Assembly: GCA_965248695.1 (NCBI GenBank)
Contig: CBDFKD010000002.1
Location: 3,584,001-3,648,000, forward strand
Direction: 5' to 3'
From: Acidobacteriota bacterium
GTDB lineage: Bacteria; Acidobacteriota; UBA890; WLXD01
Length of the DNA: 64,000 nt
The notes under the pieces are model-generated. The model was not told the origin of the DNA. It ran no database searches and saw only the letters and a list, made by a program, of their open reading frames with translations. The translations under genes and the position numbers were made by a program. This document shows positions 30,282 to 40,245 of this stretch, piece by piece. Numbering within the stretch: position 1 is the stretch's first letter; each line of letters opens with the position of its first letter.

Positions 30282-30926
30282 ATGACGGACGTCGTTCTAT
30301 ATGACTACTGGCGGTCGTCGGCGAGTTATCGGGTGAGGATTGCGCTGAATCTGCTCGGTATCGACTATGAGGCCAGAGTGACCAATTTGCTCGATAGCTC
30401 ACACCCCACGCCGAGCTATATCGAGTTGAACCCACAAGGCCTGGTGCCGACCCTAGAGATAGACAATCAGGTTATCGCCCAGTCGCTGGCGATCATCGAG
30501 TATCTCGACGAGACGCGGCCGGAGGCCGGGTTTCTGCCCAAAGACACGCTGGGCCGGGCGCGGGTTCGTACGCTTGCTTATGCCATTGCGATGGAAATTC
30601 ATCCGGTCTGCAGTCTCAGAACCATCAAACACGTTATCGACATTACCGGCGACGATACCGATACCCGAGTTGCCTGGATGAAGAAGTTCATAGGCGATGG
30701 GCTGGTGGCGTTCGAAGCCATGCTCAATACAGCCGACACGGGAGCACATTGCCACGGCGATGCACCGACCATGGCAGACCTATGCCTGATCCCGCAGCTG
30801 TACAATGCCGAGCGCTGGGGCGCCGACACTTCCGGGTTGCACCGGATTAGAAAGATCGCCGAGACGTGCGGCAGGTTAGGAGCTTTCCAGAACGCCCATC
30901 CGAACGCCGTGAACGAATCGGGCTGA
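30282..30926 (+). CDS. maiA: Maleylacetoacetate isomerase (GST zeta)
   Basis: YWRSSASYRVRIALNL, NPQGLVP, QSLAIIEYLDE. Confidence 0.95.
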   Translation: MTDVVLYDYWRSSASYRVRIALNLLGIDYEARVTNLLDSSHPTPSYIELNPQGLVPTLEIDNQVIAQSLAIIEYLDETRPEAGFLPKDTLGRARVRTLAYAIAMEIHPVCSLRTIKHVIDITGDDTDTRVAWMKKFIGDGLVAFEAMLNTADTGAHCHGDAPTMADLCLIPQLYNAERWGADTSGLHRIRKIAETCGRLGAFQNAHPNAVNESG

Positions 30927-31022
30927 TTCACGCAGCACCGGCAGAGACTGAAAGCCGCGGAAGTGGACACGGTGACCCCCAACTCGTCGCAACCAGGCCC
31001 GCCACACTTTCACCACGGCCTG

Positions 31023-32366
31023 CTAGTGGACGTTCAAGCGAAAGGCGATCAGCCCGCTAGCTGCCATCGGCACGGCGAACACGAAGAAGTTGGCGGACAT
31101 ATCCAGGCCACCGGCGATCAGATAGCCGGCGATCGCCGGTCCGGCCACGGCGCCGGATCGGCCCAGACCAATCGCCCAGCCGATACCGGTGCTGCGAATG
31201 CCGGTCGGGTAGATCTTCGCCGCGGTGGCGTACAGACCGGTAAATCCACCTTGCTGGGTGATCCCGATCAATAGAATCAGCACCATCAGAAGCCTCAACT
31301 CATTCGGAGCCAGCGCGAAGACCACCATTCCGATAGCCGATGTGAATAGCAGCGTGAAGACCACGTTGCTCAGCTTCCACCGCGTCGACAGCCAGCCCGA
31401 TAGATAGACTCCGATCACCCCACCCAGGTTGAACAGGAAGAAGGCATCGCGACCCACCGTGGGGTCATAGCCGGAGTCCTCCATCAACTTCGGAATCCAG
31501 CTCATCAGGAAATACAGGGTGCCGAAACAGAAGAAGAAAGCCGCCCAAAGCGTCAGGGTCGCCGTCCGATGATCCTTCGCCAGCAGTTGGGACATTTTAC
31601 TGATCAAGCCGCCATTTCTCTCGATGTCTTCAGCGGCGACGTCCGGCATGCTGCCAAGCGGATCTTTCTCCAGTTTGGCCAGAATCGTGTTGATCCGCTG
31701 CAGCGCGTTGGCGGGTCGGCGCTCGAACAGATACTTGAGCGATTCGGGGATCAGGAGCCAGGCCACTGCGACCATGGCGAGCGTCAGAGTCCCTCCCAAC
31801 CAGAACATCCCCCGCCAGCCGTACTCCGGCAAGATAAGACCGGCGATCACGGACGTCATCATCGCGCCGAGCGGATAACCCGACGTGACTGCGGCGACTG
31901 ACAACGCGCGGTACTTGTCCGGGCTGTACTCCGCCGCCAGAGCCGCCTGACTCGCCAGCATCGCACCGGCGCCAATGCCGCTGATAAACCGCAGGACGAT
32001 AAACTCGGCGAGGCTTGTCGCATTGGCGGTGAGCAAAATCGAGAGTCCGACCAAAGCGATACTGGCAATGATCACCTTTCGCCGGCCAACAAGGTCAGAC
32101 ACCGGCGCCAGGAACATCGCTCCCGCCATCATGCCGGCGAGCGCGAAACTGAAGATCCAGCCCAGTCGATCCGGGGTGAGCTGCAACTCGGTTGCGACGG
32201 GACTGGCGACAATCGCCATTGCGGTGATGTCGAAGCCGTCCAGCATGTTGAAGAACAGGCACAGGGCAACCACCAGCAGCTGCTGGTGGCTGACTTTTCC
32301 GTTGTCGATTACCTCCGCGACGAAAGCCGCGCCGCTGGCCGGGCTTGCGGGGGTTGACGTACTCAT
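31023..32366 (-). CDS. MFS aromatic acid transporter (PcaK/BenK-like)
   Basis: LDGFD, DLVGRRK, AEYSP, YPTGIRSTGIGW. Confidence 0.9.
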   Translation of the reverse strand: MSTSTPASPASGAAFVAEVIDNGKVSHQQLLVVALCLFFNMLDGFDITAMAIVASPVATELQLTPDRLGWIFSFALAGMMAGAMFLAPVSDLVGRRKVIIASIALVGLSILLTANATSLAEFIVLRFISGIGAGAMLASQAALAAEYSPDKYRALSVAAVTSGYPLGAMMTSVIAGLILPEYGWRGMFWLGGTLTLAMVAVAWLLIPESLKYLFERRPANALQRINTILAKLEKDPLGSMPDVAAEDIERNGGLISKMSQLLAKDHRTATLTLWAAFFFCFGTLYFLMSWIPKLMEDSGYDPTVGRDAFFLFNLGGVIGVYLSGWLSTRWKLSNVVFTLLFTSAIGMVVFALAPNELRLLMVLILLIGITQQGGFTGLYATAAKIYPTGIRSTGIGWAIGLGRSGAVAGPAIAGYLIAGGLDMSANFFVFAVPMAASGLIAFRLNVH

Positions 32367-32530
32367 TCTCCGCTCCTTGGGCTGCGACAGTGTACCTGCT
32401 GGTGAGTGTGGCAGACGTCGGGCGCGGCCTGGCGGAACCTTGATTGCCGCGTCATGACATACGAATCCGGATTGTTCCCCCACGTCGCCCAGACCATACA
32501 ATCGTGCCTTTCATCAGCGAGGTATTTGCC

Positions 32531-33121
32531 ATGGCCCACATTGCGCCGTTGCGCTTGGACGCTGTCCCCGAGTTTGTCGAGCGGTTCGAGCACTACCGCA
32601 AGAGCCGCGGCTTCGTGCCCAACAGCATCCGCACGATGGCCCGGCGCCCTGCAATCGCCCGGGCTTTCATGGAACTCAATCAAGCGATTCTCTATGAGGG
32701 CACGGTAGCCGAGGAGCTCAAGATGCTGGTCAGCTTGATCGCCAGCCAGGCCGCCGGCTGTCGTTACTGTCAGGCCCATATGGCCAATCTCTCGCACATC
32801 TACAAGGCTTCGGAGACGAAGATCGCCGCGGTTTGGGAGTTCCAGACCAGCGAGTTGTTCAGCGATGCCGAACGGGCGGCCCTGACGCTGGCGTACAGGG
32901 CTTCGATCGTGCCCAACGAAGCCGAGGCCGCCGATTTCGCTGAGCTGGGCAAGCACTTTAGCGACGATGAGATCGTCGAGATCGTCGCCTCGATTGCCTT
33001 GTTCGGCTACTTGAACCGCTGGAACGACACCATGGCCACCGAATTGGAGGATCTTCCGCAGCGGGTCGCGGAAACGATGATCGGGGGGGTCGGCTGGCAA
33101 CCCGGGAAGCACGGTGCATGA
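32531..33121 (+). CDS. Carboxymuconolactone decarboxylase/AhpD-like peroxidase-related protein
   Basis: GFVPN, CRYCQAH, ERAAL, NRWND. Confidence 0.88.
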   Translation: MAHIAPLRLDAVPEFVERFEHYRKSRGFVPNSIRTMARRPAIARAFMELNQAILYEGTVAEELKMLVSLIASQAAGCRYCQAHMANLSHIYKASETKIAAVWEFQTSELFSDAERAALTLAYRASIVPNEAEAADFAELGKHFSDDEIVEIVASIALFGYLNRWNDTMATELEDLPQRVAETMIGGVGWQPGKHGA

Positions 33122-33211
33122 AGCGCCTGAGCGTGACACCTGGGTGATGAGCGGCACAGCGATCAACATCAAGCAGGGCGATAGTGATGCAACAACAATC
33201 CAGGAGGAAGA

Positions 33212-33631
33212 ATGACGACTCGTGCGCTCGTGACCGCAGGCGGGATCTTGTTGCTCGCTGTCACACCCGCCGCCGCACAACAGCTCTATCCGAACATCAC
33301 TGGCGAAGTGCTAATGGAGGACGAGCGGGTCGTGGTACAGCACTTCGTCCTCGAGCCAGGAAAGTGGGAGGGAATCCACGAGCACCCAGAGTACCAGCTG
33401 GTGATCGTGTTGCAGCGGAGCGAGGAGGTCACCATGAAGTTCGGCGATGAGGTGAGGGTCGTCGAGGTGTCCGAAGAGGACCGTGAGCGCATGCGGGTGT
33501 TCTGGCGACCCGGGCCGGTGGCGCTCAGCGACGAGCACGAGAGTGGCAACACCGGTACAAGGCCACTCGAATGGATCGCCATCTCCTTCAAGTCGGACTC
33601 GATCGCCACCGAAGACAGTCCTTCTTGGTGA
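33212..33631 (+). CDS. Secreted cupin-like protein
   Basis: Signal peptide; LEPG...HEH; H..GNTG.RP. Confidence 0.7.
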   Translation: MTTRALVTAGGILLLAVTPAAAQQLYPNITGEVLMEDERVVVQHFVLEPGKWEGIHEHPEYQLVIVLQRSEEVTMKFGDEVRVVEVSEEDRERMRVFWRPGPVALSDEHESGNTGTRPLEWIAISFKSDSIATEDSPSW

Positions 33632-34614
33632 GTCGCGGAGCAGTTGCTCTTTCCCTCGTGCCCGTACTGGTTGCGATGGTTGCGGCCTGCCGGCAACCCA
33701 CGGAAGAACCACTTGCCACAGTCGCACCCAGCGCGGTCATCGAGGTTCGCGATGAACCTACCCAGGCAGAACTCGACAAGGACACGCAGGTTGTCATGCT
33801 GGGCACGGGCACCCCGGTACCGGATGCTTATCGCGCCGGGCCGAGTATCGCCATCATTCACAAAGGCGAGGCGTATCTGTTCGATATCGGCGCCGGAGCG
33901 ATCCAGAATGCCGTCACCGCACGCTACAGGTACGACATCCCTTCGCTATATCCGAGCCAGATCTGCTGCGTGTTCCTCACGCACATGCATAGCGATCACA
34001 CGATGGATTTTTCAGAGCTCGCCTTCACTCTGTGGTGGCGCAGAAGTGCTCCCCTATCTGCCTGGGGCCCCGTCGGCCTCGAGCAGATGACGCAAGGTAT
34101 GTACGAGATGATGGCGGCGGATACTGCCCTCAGGACCTCAGGCGTACAGCCGGTACGGAACCCGGACGCGTACCAGGTCAACGTGACGGAGATCGATGAG
34201 GGGATCGTTTTCCAGACCGGCGATCTGACGGTCGAGGCATTCGCAGTCAGTCATGGTGAGATCAAGCCGGCGTTCGGTTACCGGATCATCACCGATGACA
34301 AGACGATTGTGATTTCCGGAGACTCGGCATTCAGCGAGAAAGTGCTGGAGATGTCACGCGGCGTAGATCTGTTGTTCCACGAAGTGATCAGCGACAGCGG
34401 GCTGGCCAACACCACCGAGTTCTGGCAGAAATACCACCGGTCGGCCCACACGGTTGCCAGTGATCTGGGCAGGCTGGCGAGCGAGGCGCGGCCCGGATTG
34501 CTGGTCCTGTACCACGGCCTGTTCTACGGCGTGCCCGAAGCGACCATCGTCGATGAAGTACGGGCTACCTATGACGGCGAGGTCGTCCTTGCCGACGACC
34601 TCGCCCTGTTCTGA
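33628..34614 (+). CDS. MBL-fold hydrolase, RNase Z/AtsA-like, probable lipoprotein
   Basis: LGTGTP, THMHSDH, ISGD, LFHE; VAAC lipobox; GTGA overlap with cupin gene. Confidence 0.88.
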   Translation: MSRGAVALSLVPVLVAMVAACRQPTEEPLATVAPSAVIEVRDEPTQAELDKDTQVVMLGTGTPVPDAYRAGPSIAIIHKGEAYLFDIGAGAIQNAVTARYRYDIPSLYPSQICCVFLTHMHSDHTMDFSELAFTLWWRRSAPLSAWGPVGLEQMTQGMYEMMAADTALRTSGVQPVRNPDAYQVNVTEIDEGIVFQTGDLTVEAFAVSHGEIKPAFGYRIITDDKTIVISGDSAFSEKVLEMSRGVDLLFHEVISDSGLANTTEFWQKYHRSAHTVASDLGRLASEARPGLLVLYHGLFYGVPEATIVDEVRATYDGEVVLADDLALF

Positions 34615-34714
34615 CTGGTTTCGCTGAGCTATCAGAAATTGAGTCTGTCCTGCACGCCGTAGAACGCTACCGCCTCGTTCGCAACACAGTAGGTTTTCCT
34701 CGAGATTCCCGCCT

Positions 34715-36700
34715 TCAGGTTCGCTCGGCCCAGGGATATTGGAACTCGGGCCGGATGACGTCGGTGATCAGCTCTTGGACCGCCCGGTGCGCCTGGTCGA
34801 ACGCCGCCTGTGTGAGACAAGTCGCGGCCGCGTCGGAGTTGGCGATGGCGATCCGCCCGAACCGCTTACGGCCCAGTACCCAGGGAGCCTCGTCGTACCC
34901 CCAGTCGGGGTCGAACAGGTCATTGCCCGCTCCCGCGTACCCGTGGGGCCAGCGGTTGACGAAGATGGCCTCGATGTCCCGAGCGGGATCGAAGCCTCCC
35001 TCCCCCAGGGCACGGTCAAGCTGATCCCTGATGCCACGCTCGAACGTCTCGAACGACATGGTCAGGAGCTCCTCCCGTGCGGCACGCCACTGATCCCTTA
35101 CGGGAAGCCCCGGAGCGTCCGGTGATGCCCAGAGCCTTACGACGACCGGTTCGTCGGGCAACCGGCCGGTCTGGTATTCCCCGAAGCTGTTGCTCCAATC
35201 GTCAAGGCTGACATTTTCGAAGTACGCGCTCGGGCAATGGATGCGCGACACACCGAGCCGCTCGAACGCTCGCCAGTCGCGAACCACGACGTTGGTCGCA
35301 ACGAAGGGTCTGCGCACCGCCATATGCAGGTGTGCTTTCTGGTCCTCCGGAATCTCCGGACACAGATGCGGGATGACCGAGTTGTAGCACGCCATCACGC
35401 AGGTGCCCCCGCGCACGCGATGCGCCTGGCCATCCTGGACGTACGTGACCTCCACCGCTTTCGCCTTCGCCCGATCGCCCACGTGGTGAGCGTTCACCAC
35501 CGTGCTGTTGAGACGGATGCGCACGTCGTTTGCCGCCCGATCGAGGGTCGAATACCGGACCCGCGTCGGCACCGAATCGTTCATCGTGTGGCCTGGGAGC
35601 GAACCCGGAATCAGCCAGCGCACGAGCAGGCGGGCGACGCCAGCCATTCCGTCGGGGAAGTGCATGTCATCGAACGGATTCTCCAGTCCGGGGAAACCGT
35701 CTCTCGGCGGCGCCTCCCCGAGCCCGAGGCCCTGCAGCCCGGGCAAGCTGCTGTACCGGAAGGCGGCCCAGCCGCTCATCGTATCGATACCGGCAATGCC
35801 ATTGGCATCCGGGGCGCGGCGCTTGAAGAAGGGGATCACGTCCGGGTCGACGCCGACGACGTTCAGCAGATAGTCCTGATAGCTGATCTTGCGGAGCCGG
35901 GCGATCTTCTCCTGCACCGACAATCCGGGGAAGAAATCCTCCTGCGTCTGGTACAGCTTCGCGATGTCCTTCTGCACCCGGTCCGAGAGCGGCGTCTTCT
36001 GAAGCCATTCCGTCCACGCCTCCGGCTCGTCCGATCCGGGCTCTCCTACGACCAGCCGATCCTCACCGAACGTCTCCTCGTCGAACAGGACCGCGCTTCC
36101 CAAACCCCGCTCTCGCGCCCGTAAGCTTCGTCCCACGTTCGCACGCTTGTACACGTCCGCATCCAGACCGATGTCATGCATCAACTCCAGGCCTTCGTAC
36201 GTATAGGCTCCGGTGATATACGCCGTGCCGCCGTAGCTGATGACCTGGCGCCCGTCGACCATGCGCTCGTTCCGCTGCGCGTGCCCTCCGAAGTCGTCGT
36301 GGTTCTCCAGAATCAGGACCCTCGCCTCAGGCATCGCCTTGCGGAAGTAGTAGGCCGCCCCGAGACCGCTCAACCCGCCGCCCACCACGATCAGGTCGTA
36401 CTCTTCTCCGGTTTCCTGCGGGTCGTCCCACGCCTCGCCGTCCCGCATGCGATGAGCCACCTCGAACGAGCCCGGATGGCTGCCCCGCATCCCCGTACGT
36501 GTCGGCGGATAGTACGTCTCCTGGCTCGCAGATTGATCGACAACCGGAGATGCGGCCGGCGCCGGCCGGGCATCGCGTCCCTGCGCCCCCACATTCCCCG
36601 GCGCAAGGACCGCTCCCGTGATCGCGATGCTCGTCCCGCTCACGAAGTCGCGACGGTTGATTTCCCGGTCCATGCCCAGCTCACGATCACTCTTCTTCAT
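34715..36700 (-). CDS. Tat-exported spermidine dehydrogenase-like FAD oxidoreductase
   Basis: INRRDFV; YYPP.RTGMRGSHPGSFE; VGGGLSG; NHDDFGGHA; VNRWPHGY. Confidence 0.88.
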   Translation of the reverse strand: MKKSDRELGMDREINRRDFVSGTSIAITGAVLAPGNVGAQGRDARPAPAASPVVDQSASQETYYPPTRTGMRGSHPGSFEVAHRMRDGEAWDDPQETGEEYDLIVVGGGLSGLGAAYYFRKAMPEARVLILENHDDFGGHAQRNERMVDGRQVISYGGTAYITGAYTYEGLELMHDIGLDADVYKRANVGRSLRARERGLGSAVLFDEETFGEDRLVVGEPGSDEPEAWTEWLQKTPLSDRVQKDIAKLYQTQEDFFPGLSVQEKIARLRKISYQDYLLNVVGVDPDVIPFFKRRAPDANGIAGIDTMSGWAAFRYSSLPGLQGLGLGEAPPRDGFPGLENPFDDMHFPDGMAGVARLLVRWLIPGSLPGHTMNDSVPTRVRYSTLDRAANDVRIRLNSTVVNAHHVGDRAKAKAVEVTYVQDGQAHRVRGGTCVMACYNSVIPHLCPEIPEDQKAHLHMAVRRPFVATNVVVRDWRAFERLGVSRIHCPSAYFENVSLDDWSNSFGEYQTGRLPDEPVVVRLWASPDAPGLPVRDQWRAAREELLTMSFETFERGIRDQLDRALGEGGFDPARDIEAIFVNRWPHGYAGAGNDLFDPDWGYDEAPWVLGRKRFGRIAIANSDAAATCLTQAAFDQAHRAVQELITDVIRPEFQYPWAERT

Positions 36701-36718
36701 TCCAGGTCTCCCGCTCCT

Positions 36719-38269
36719 CTAGTGTGGTCGAATCTCGTCCAGGTCGGCCGTCATCAGTAGGCCCGTGAGCTGCGTCATGGTGTGCGCCTGAGCCTCGAAC
36801 AGCTCCTTGTTGAAGCGCTCGATGCCGCTGGCTGTCGTCCAGTACAGGCCCAGGAAGCCACCGAGGCCGAAGCCGGGCAGATCGAGGCAGCCGTCGTCGC
36901 AACGGCGAGCGTATCGCCCGGCAATTCCCCACCAGCGCTGCTGCAGGCCGCCGTTGATTCCCGGACGCTCGGGCGCCGACACCTGCACGCGCTCCCACCC
37001 GTGCTCTTTGGCGGCGGCAACCGCCGCGTCGATCAGCACTTCGTTGTTGCGCGTCCACAGGTACGACTGCTCTGCCAGCCCGACGGGCTCAACCCGGCCG
37101 TCGACCTCGCGGAAGTCCATCTCGCCCATGTGCTCGATGTGCATGAGCGCCACGAGCGGCTCCAGGGCCTCCGGGTGACGAACGGGCCAGCTGACGTCGG
37201 CCGACGCTCGCTCCGCTCCCGGGTAGTAATGCCGACTGTCGAGAAAGAGCGTCAGCGTCCGCGGCCGCTGCTCTTGCGGGATGTTGGAAAAGTACTTCAC
37301 GATCGCCAGCAGCCCGAGGGCACCGTTGTCCTGCGTCACCGACGGGCCGTCAGTGTGGTTGATCATCAAGATCTGCTCGTCTTCAGGAGTGCCGTAGTCC
37401 CGACCAGGCAGATAGGCGATCGTCTGGTACGCTTCGGACTCTTGGACCGTCGCCTCCAGCCGCAGCGTCGCCGTCTTCCCTGCCTTGGCGTCCTCAAGGA
37501 CTTTGGCGCCGTCCTCGCGGCTGAGGATCACTCCGGGCGACTCGTGCAACGGCGGCACCCCGAATGTGAACAGCCCTTCGGTGCGCTCGAACGCCATGTC
37601 GTAGACGATCACATGGCCCGCAGCGCCTCCGTCGACGGCGATCTGCCACAGGCGCTGGCCCAGCTGCCAGTAGATGTCGAATGTGAAGCTGAACTCGGGC
37701 GGCACGAACTCGTACAGCTCGAAGTAGGTGTCGTCGTTGGCCCGCCACTCATAGTCGTTGAACGTGAAGCCTCGGATGTACCGGTCATCGTAGGGCGGCT
37801 GCGGATGCGGGCGGGTCGGGAACACGACGATCTTGCCCTCGACCGAGCCGGGCGGGTTGTCGTGATCGTAGTAGACCATCTCGGCGGTGATGCCCTCGGG
37901 GCCGGTGTTGCCGGAGTTGGCGGCGTAGTGGGCCACCCGTACCGGCGAGCCGTCGGAGACCAGTGACCAGTTCGTATTGTCGAACGACGTCGACCAGCGA
38001 TCGAACATCCAGCTGTTGTGGTACACGTCGACGGCACCGTACTCGACCAGCTTCTCCTCGAGGAAAGTGACGTAGTTCACCCATTCCGGGCTACCGTTCA
38101 GCGCCGGCAGGTTGTCGCTCCGCACCTTCGCCCACTCGTAGCCCTCGTCGGCAGTAACCGCCCACGCCGGATCGATGGTGGTGAACTTGCCGGCGTACGA
38201 GGTGCCCGCGCCGGTACAGGCGGGAACCGTCAGCAGCAAAGTGATCGCCGTCAATGCGCTTCGCTTCAT
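36719..38269 (-). CDS. M28-like peptidase with PA domain, probable lipoprotein
   Basis: VPAC lipobox; VEGKIVV; NHTDGP...DNG; HIEHMG. Confidence 0.65.
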   Translation of the reverse strand: MKRSALTAITLLLTVPACTGAGTSYAGKFTTIDPAWAVTADEGYEWAKVRSDNLPALNGSPEWVNYVTFLEEKLVEYGAVDVYHNSWMFDRWSTSFDNTNWSLVSDGSPVRVAHYAANSGNTGPEGITAEMVYYDHDNPPGSVEGKIVVFPTRPHPQPPYDDRYIRGFTFNDYEWRANDDTYFELYEFVPPEFSFTFDIYWQLGQRLWQIAVDGGAAGHVIVYDMAFERTEGLFTFGVPPLHESPGVILSREDGAKVLEDAKAGKTATLRLEATVQESEAYQTIAYLPGRDYGTPEDEQILMINHTDGPSVTQDNGALGLLAIVKYFSNIPQEQRPRTLTLFLDSRHYYPGAERASADVSWPVRHPEALEPLVALMHIEHMGEMDFREVDGRVEPVGLAEQSYLWTRNNEVLIDAAVAAAKEHGWERVQVSAPERPGINGGLQQRWWGIAGRYARRCDDGCLDLPGFGLGGFLGLYWTTASGIERFNKELFEAQAHTMTQLTGLLMTADLDEIRPH

Positions 38270-38547
38270 GCGGTGTCTCCTGATCACGGACGTCGAGATC
38301 GCTGCGGCGGTGGTCTCGGAGGGAGCGGCGTATCGATCCTCGCGCCGGGCCCCGAAGGCTAGCGCGGGCCGCATCGCGTGTCCACGTGGCAGTCGGAGAC
38401 TATTGATGCTGCGGAACAGAGGCCTGTCGGGGGTCCCTTGCCGCTTCCTTGCGGACACCATTACCCTTAGCCGCGTCTACCGAGACCCGTGGACATGTGG
38501 CATCGCGTGGGCTCCACCGCGCCGAGATACGCACTCTCGAGGAGTTG

Positions 38548-40128
38548 ATGATGAGCGACAGCGACTATGTGCCGGCAACGAACCGTGGCATCCGCACTGG
38601 TTCGACGAGTAGGTATCTCTTCGTCCTCCTACTCCTCGTCTCCTCTGCGGCGCCCGCATGGGCACAAGATCACCCGAATATCCTCTACATAGTCGTCGAC
38701 AACCAGCCCGCCTCGATCTTAGGCGCCTATGGAAACCCGGATGTCAGGACGCCCCACATCAATCGCCTGGCCAACGAAGGGATACGCCTTACTCGCGTCT
38801 TCGCCGTGCACGGCATGTGCTCTGCAACACGTGCAACGCTACTGACCGGTCTCCTGCCCTCTCAACACGGCGTTCACGACTGGCTGGACGACGGGAGGAT
38901 CGAGGAGTGGCCCGACGATTGGAACGCGATCAGCGAGTACAGGTCACTGCCGTACACGCTGAAGAATCGTGGATATCAGACGGCCTTGATCGGCAAATGG
39001 CACCTGGGTCAGCCACGTCCGCCGGATGACTGGTTCGACTATTGGGTGACGTTCAACCTCGGCCATACGGTCGACTTCTGGTCCAACGAGATCAACGACA
39101 ACACGAGCGTCTACGGACTAGAGGACCAGCACAGCGTCGATTTCTTTACCAACAAGGCAGTTACATACCTGGAGAATCACGACCCCGAGAGCCCGTTCTT
39201 CCTGCTGGTTACCCTCAACGGCCCCTACCTGAACCCACCGACGAACCTCGGGCCCGCCAGGAACCGGCACTACGCAAGCTATGCGGACAAGGAGTTCCCT
39301 TCGTTTCCTAGAAACAGGGTCAACGACAGCATCCTCGAGCAGCTGGCGCCTCCGTACACTGGCTGGTTCGCCAGCCTGGCGCGTATGAACAACGACCAGG
39401 CGTCAATGGCCAACGTCGCGTCCCAGAATACGCTGGTGGACGAAAGCGTCGGCCGTCTGCTGGCAGCGCTCGAGGAGCAGCAACTCGAAGACGACACGTT
39501 GGTCGTTTACACGAGTGATCAGGGCAACTTCTTCGGACAGCACGGCTTCTGGGGCCACACCGACAACACGTTTCCGGCGAGCCTTTACGACACGCCGATG
39601 AACGTACCGTTCATTGCTCGCTACCCAGGCACGATCGAGAGAGGGCAGGTGAGTGACCTGCTCGTGGGCCAATACGATCTCATGCCCACGATGTTGGATC
39701 TGGCCGGCTTCGGGGATGTGGAGATCGCCAACTCTCCGGGCCGGAGCTTTGCCGACCACTTGAACGGGGGTGAGATCACGGCGTGGGCCGATGCCGTGTA
39801 CATGGATCATGAGGCAACTCGTGCAATCAGGACCGATCGTTATTCGTATTGGAAACGTCTGACGGGTACAGGCGAGCACGAGCTCTACGACATCCGTGAC
39901 GATCCGGAGCAAATGAACAATCTGTATCGAGCTCCCGACTACGCAGGCGTCGTCTCGGACTTTGACATGAAGCTCACTACTTTCTTCGACACCTATTCTG
40001 ATGTCGCCTACGACCTTTGGCGTGGCGGCACCGTAAAGGGATCCACGGATTGGTCCCGTGCATTCAAGTCTCTCTACGGTGAACAGTGGGAGGCCGAGGC
40101 GAAGATCAAGCCAGCCTTTAGGGAGTAA
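38548..40128 (+). CDS. Secreted sulfatase (CxAxR variant), paralog of 9328-10944
   Basis: CSATR, GKWHLG, YTSDQG; colinear with the other sulfatase. Confidence 0.93.
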   Translation: MMSDSDYVPATNRGIRTGSTSRYLFVLLLLVSSAAPAWAQDHPNILYIVVDNQPASILGAYGNPDVRTPHINRLANEGIRLTRVFAVHGMCSATRATLLTGLLPSQHGVHDWLDDGRIEEWPDDWNAISEYRSLPYTLKNRGYQTALIGKWHLGQPRPPDDWFDYWVTFNLGHTVDFWSNEINDNTSVYGLEDQHSVDFFTNKAVTYLENHDPESPFFLLVTLNGPYLNPPTNLGPARNRHYASYADKEFPSFPRNRVNDSILEQLAPPYTGWFASLARMNNDQASMANVASQNTLVDESVGRLLAALEEQQLEDDTLVVYTSDQGNFFGQHGFWGHTDNTFPASLYDTPMNVPFIARYPGTIERGQVSDLLVGQYDLMPTMLDLAGFGDVEIANSPGRSFADHLNGGEITAWADAVYMDHEATRAIRTDRYSYWKRLTGTGEHELYDIRDDPEQMNNLYRAPDYAGVVSDFDMKLTTFFDTYSDVAYDLWRGGTVKGSTDWSRAFKSLYGEQWEAEAKIKPAFRE

Positions 40129-40245
40129 CCCGGCCGGGACACGGCCTTCGCCTCTACGGCTAACGAGCTAACGGGTTACGACGCTGGATGCTGTTCGAAA
40201 GGCCTTGAGCGAGGAATTCTCGCAAATGATCGACAGGTGCCCGAG

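Noticed and set aside
34612-34632. Possible extra kinase tail (TGGTTTCGCTGAGCTA resembles W-F-A-E-L); similar weak match near 30980-30995
   Set aside because: Too short and needs an indel; could be chance
36782-37966. 394-aa plus-strand ORF and similar long antisense ORFs (7539-8408, 13185-14150, 27425-28354, 32363-33280, 59979-60815)
   Set aside because: Antisense shadows of well-supported genes
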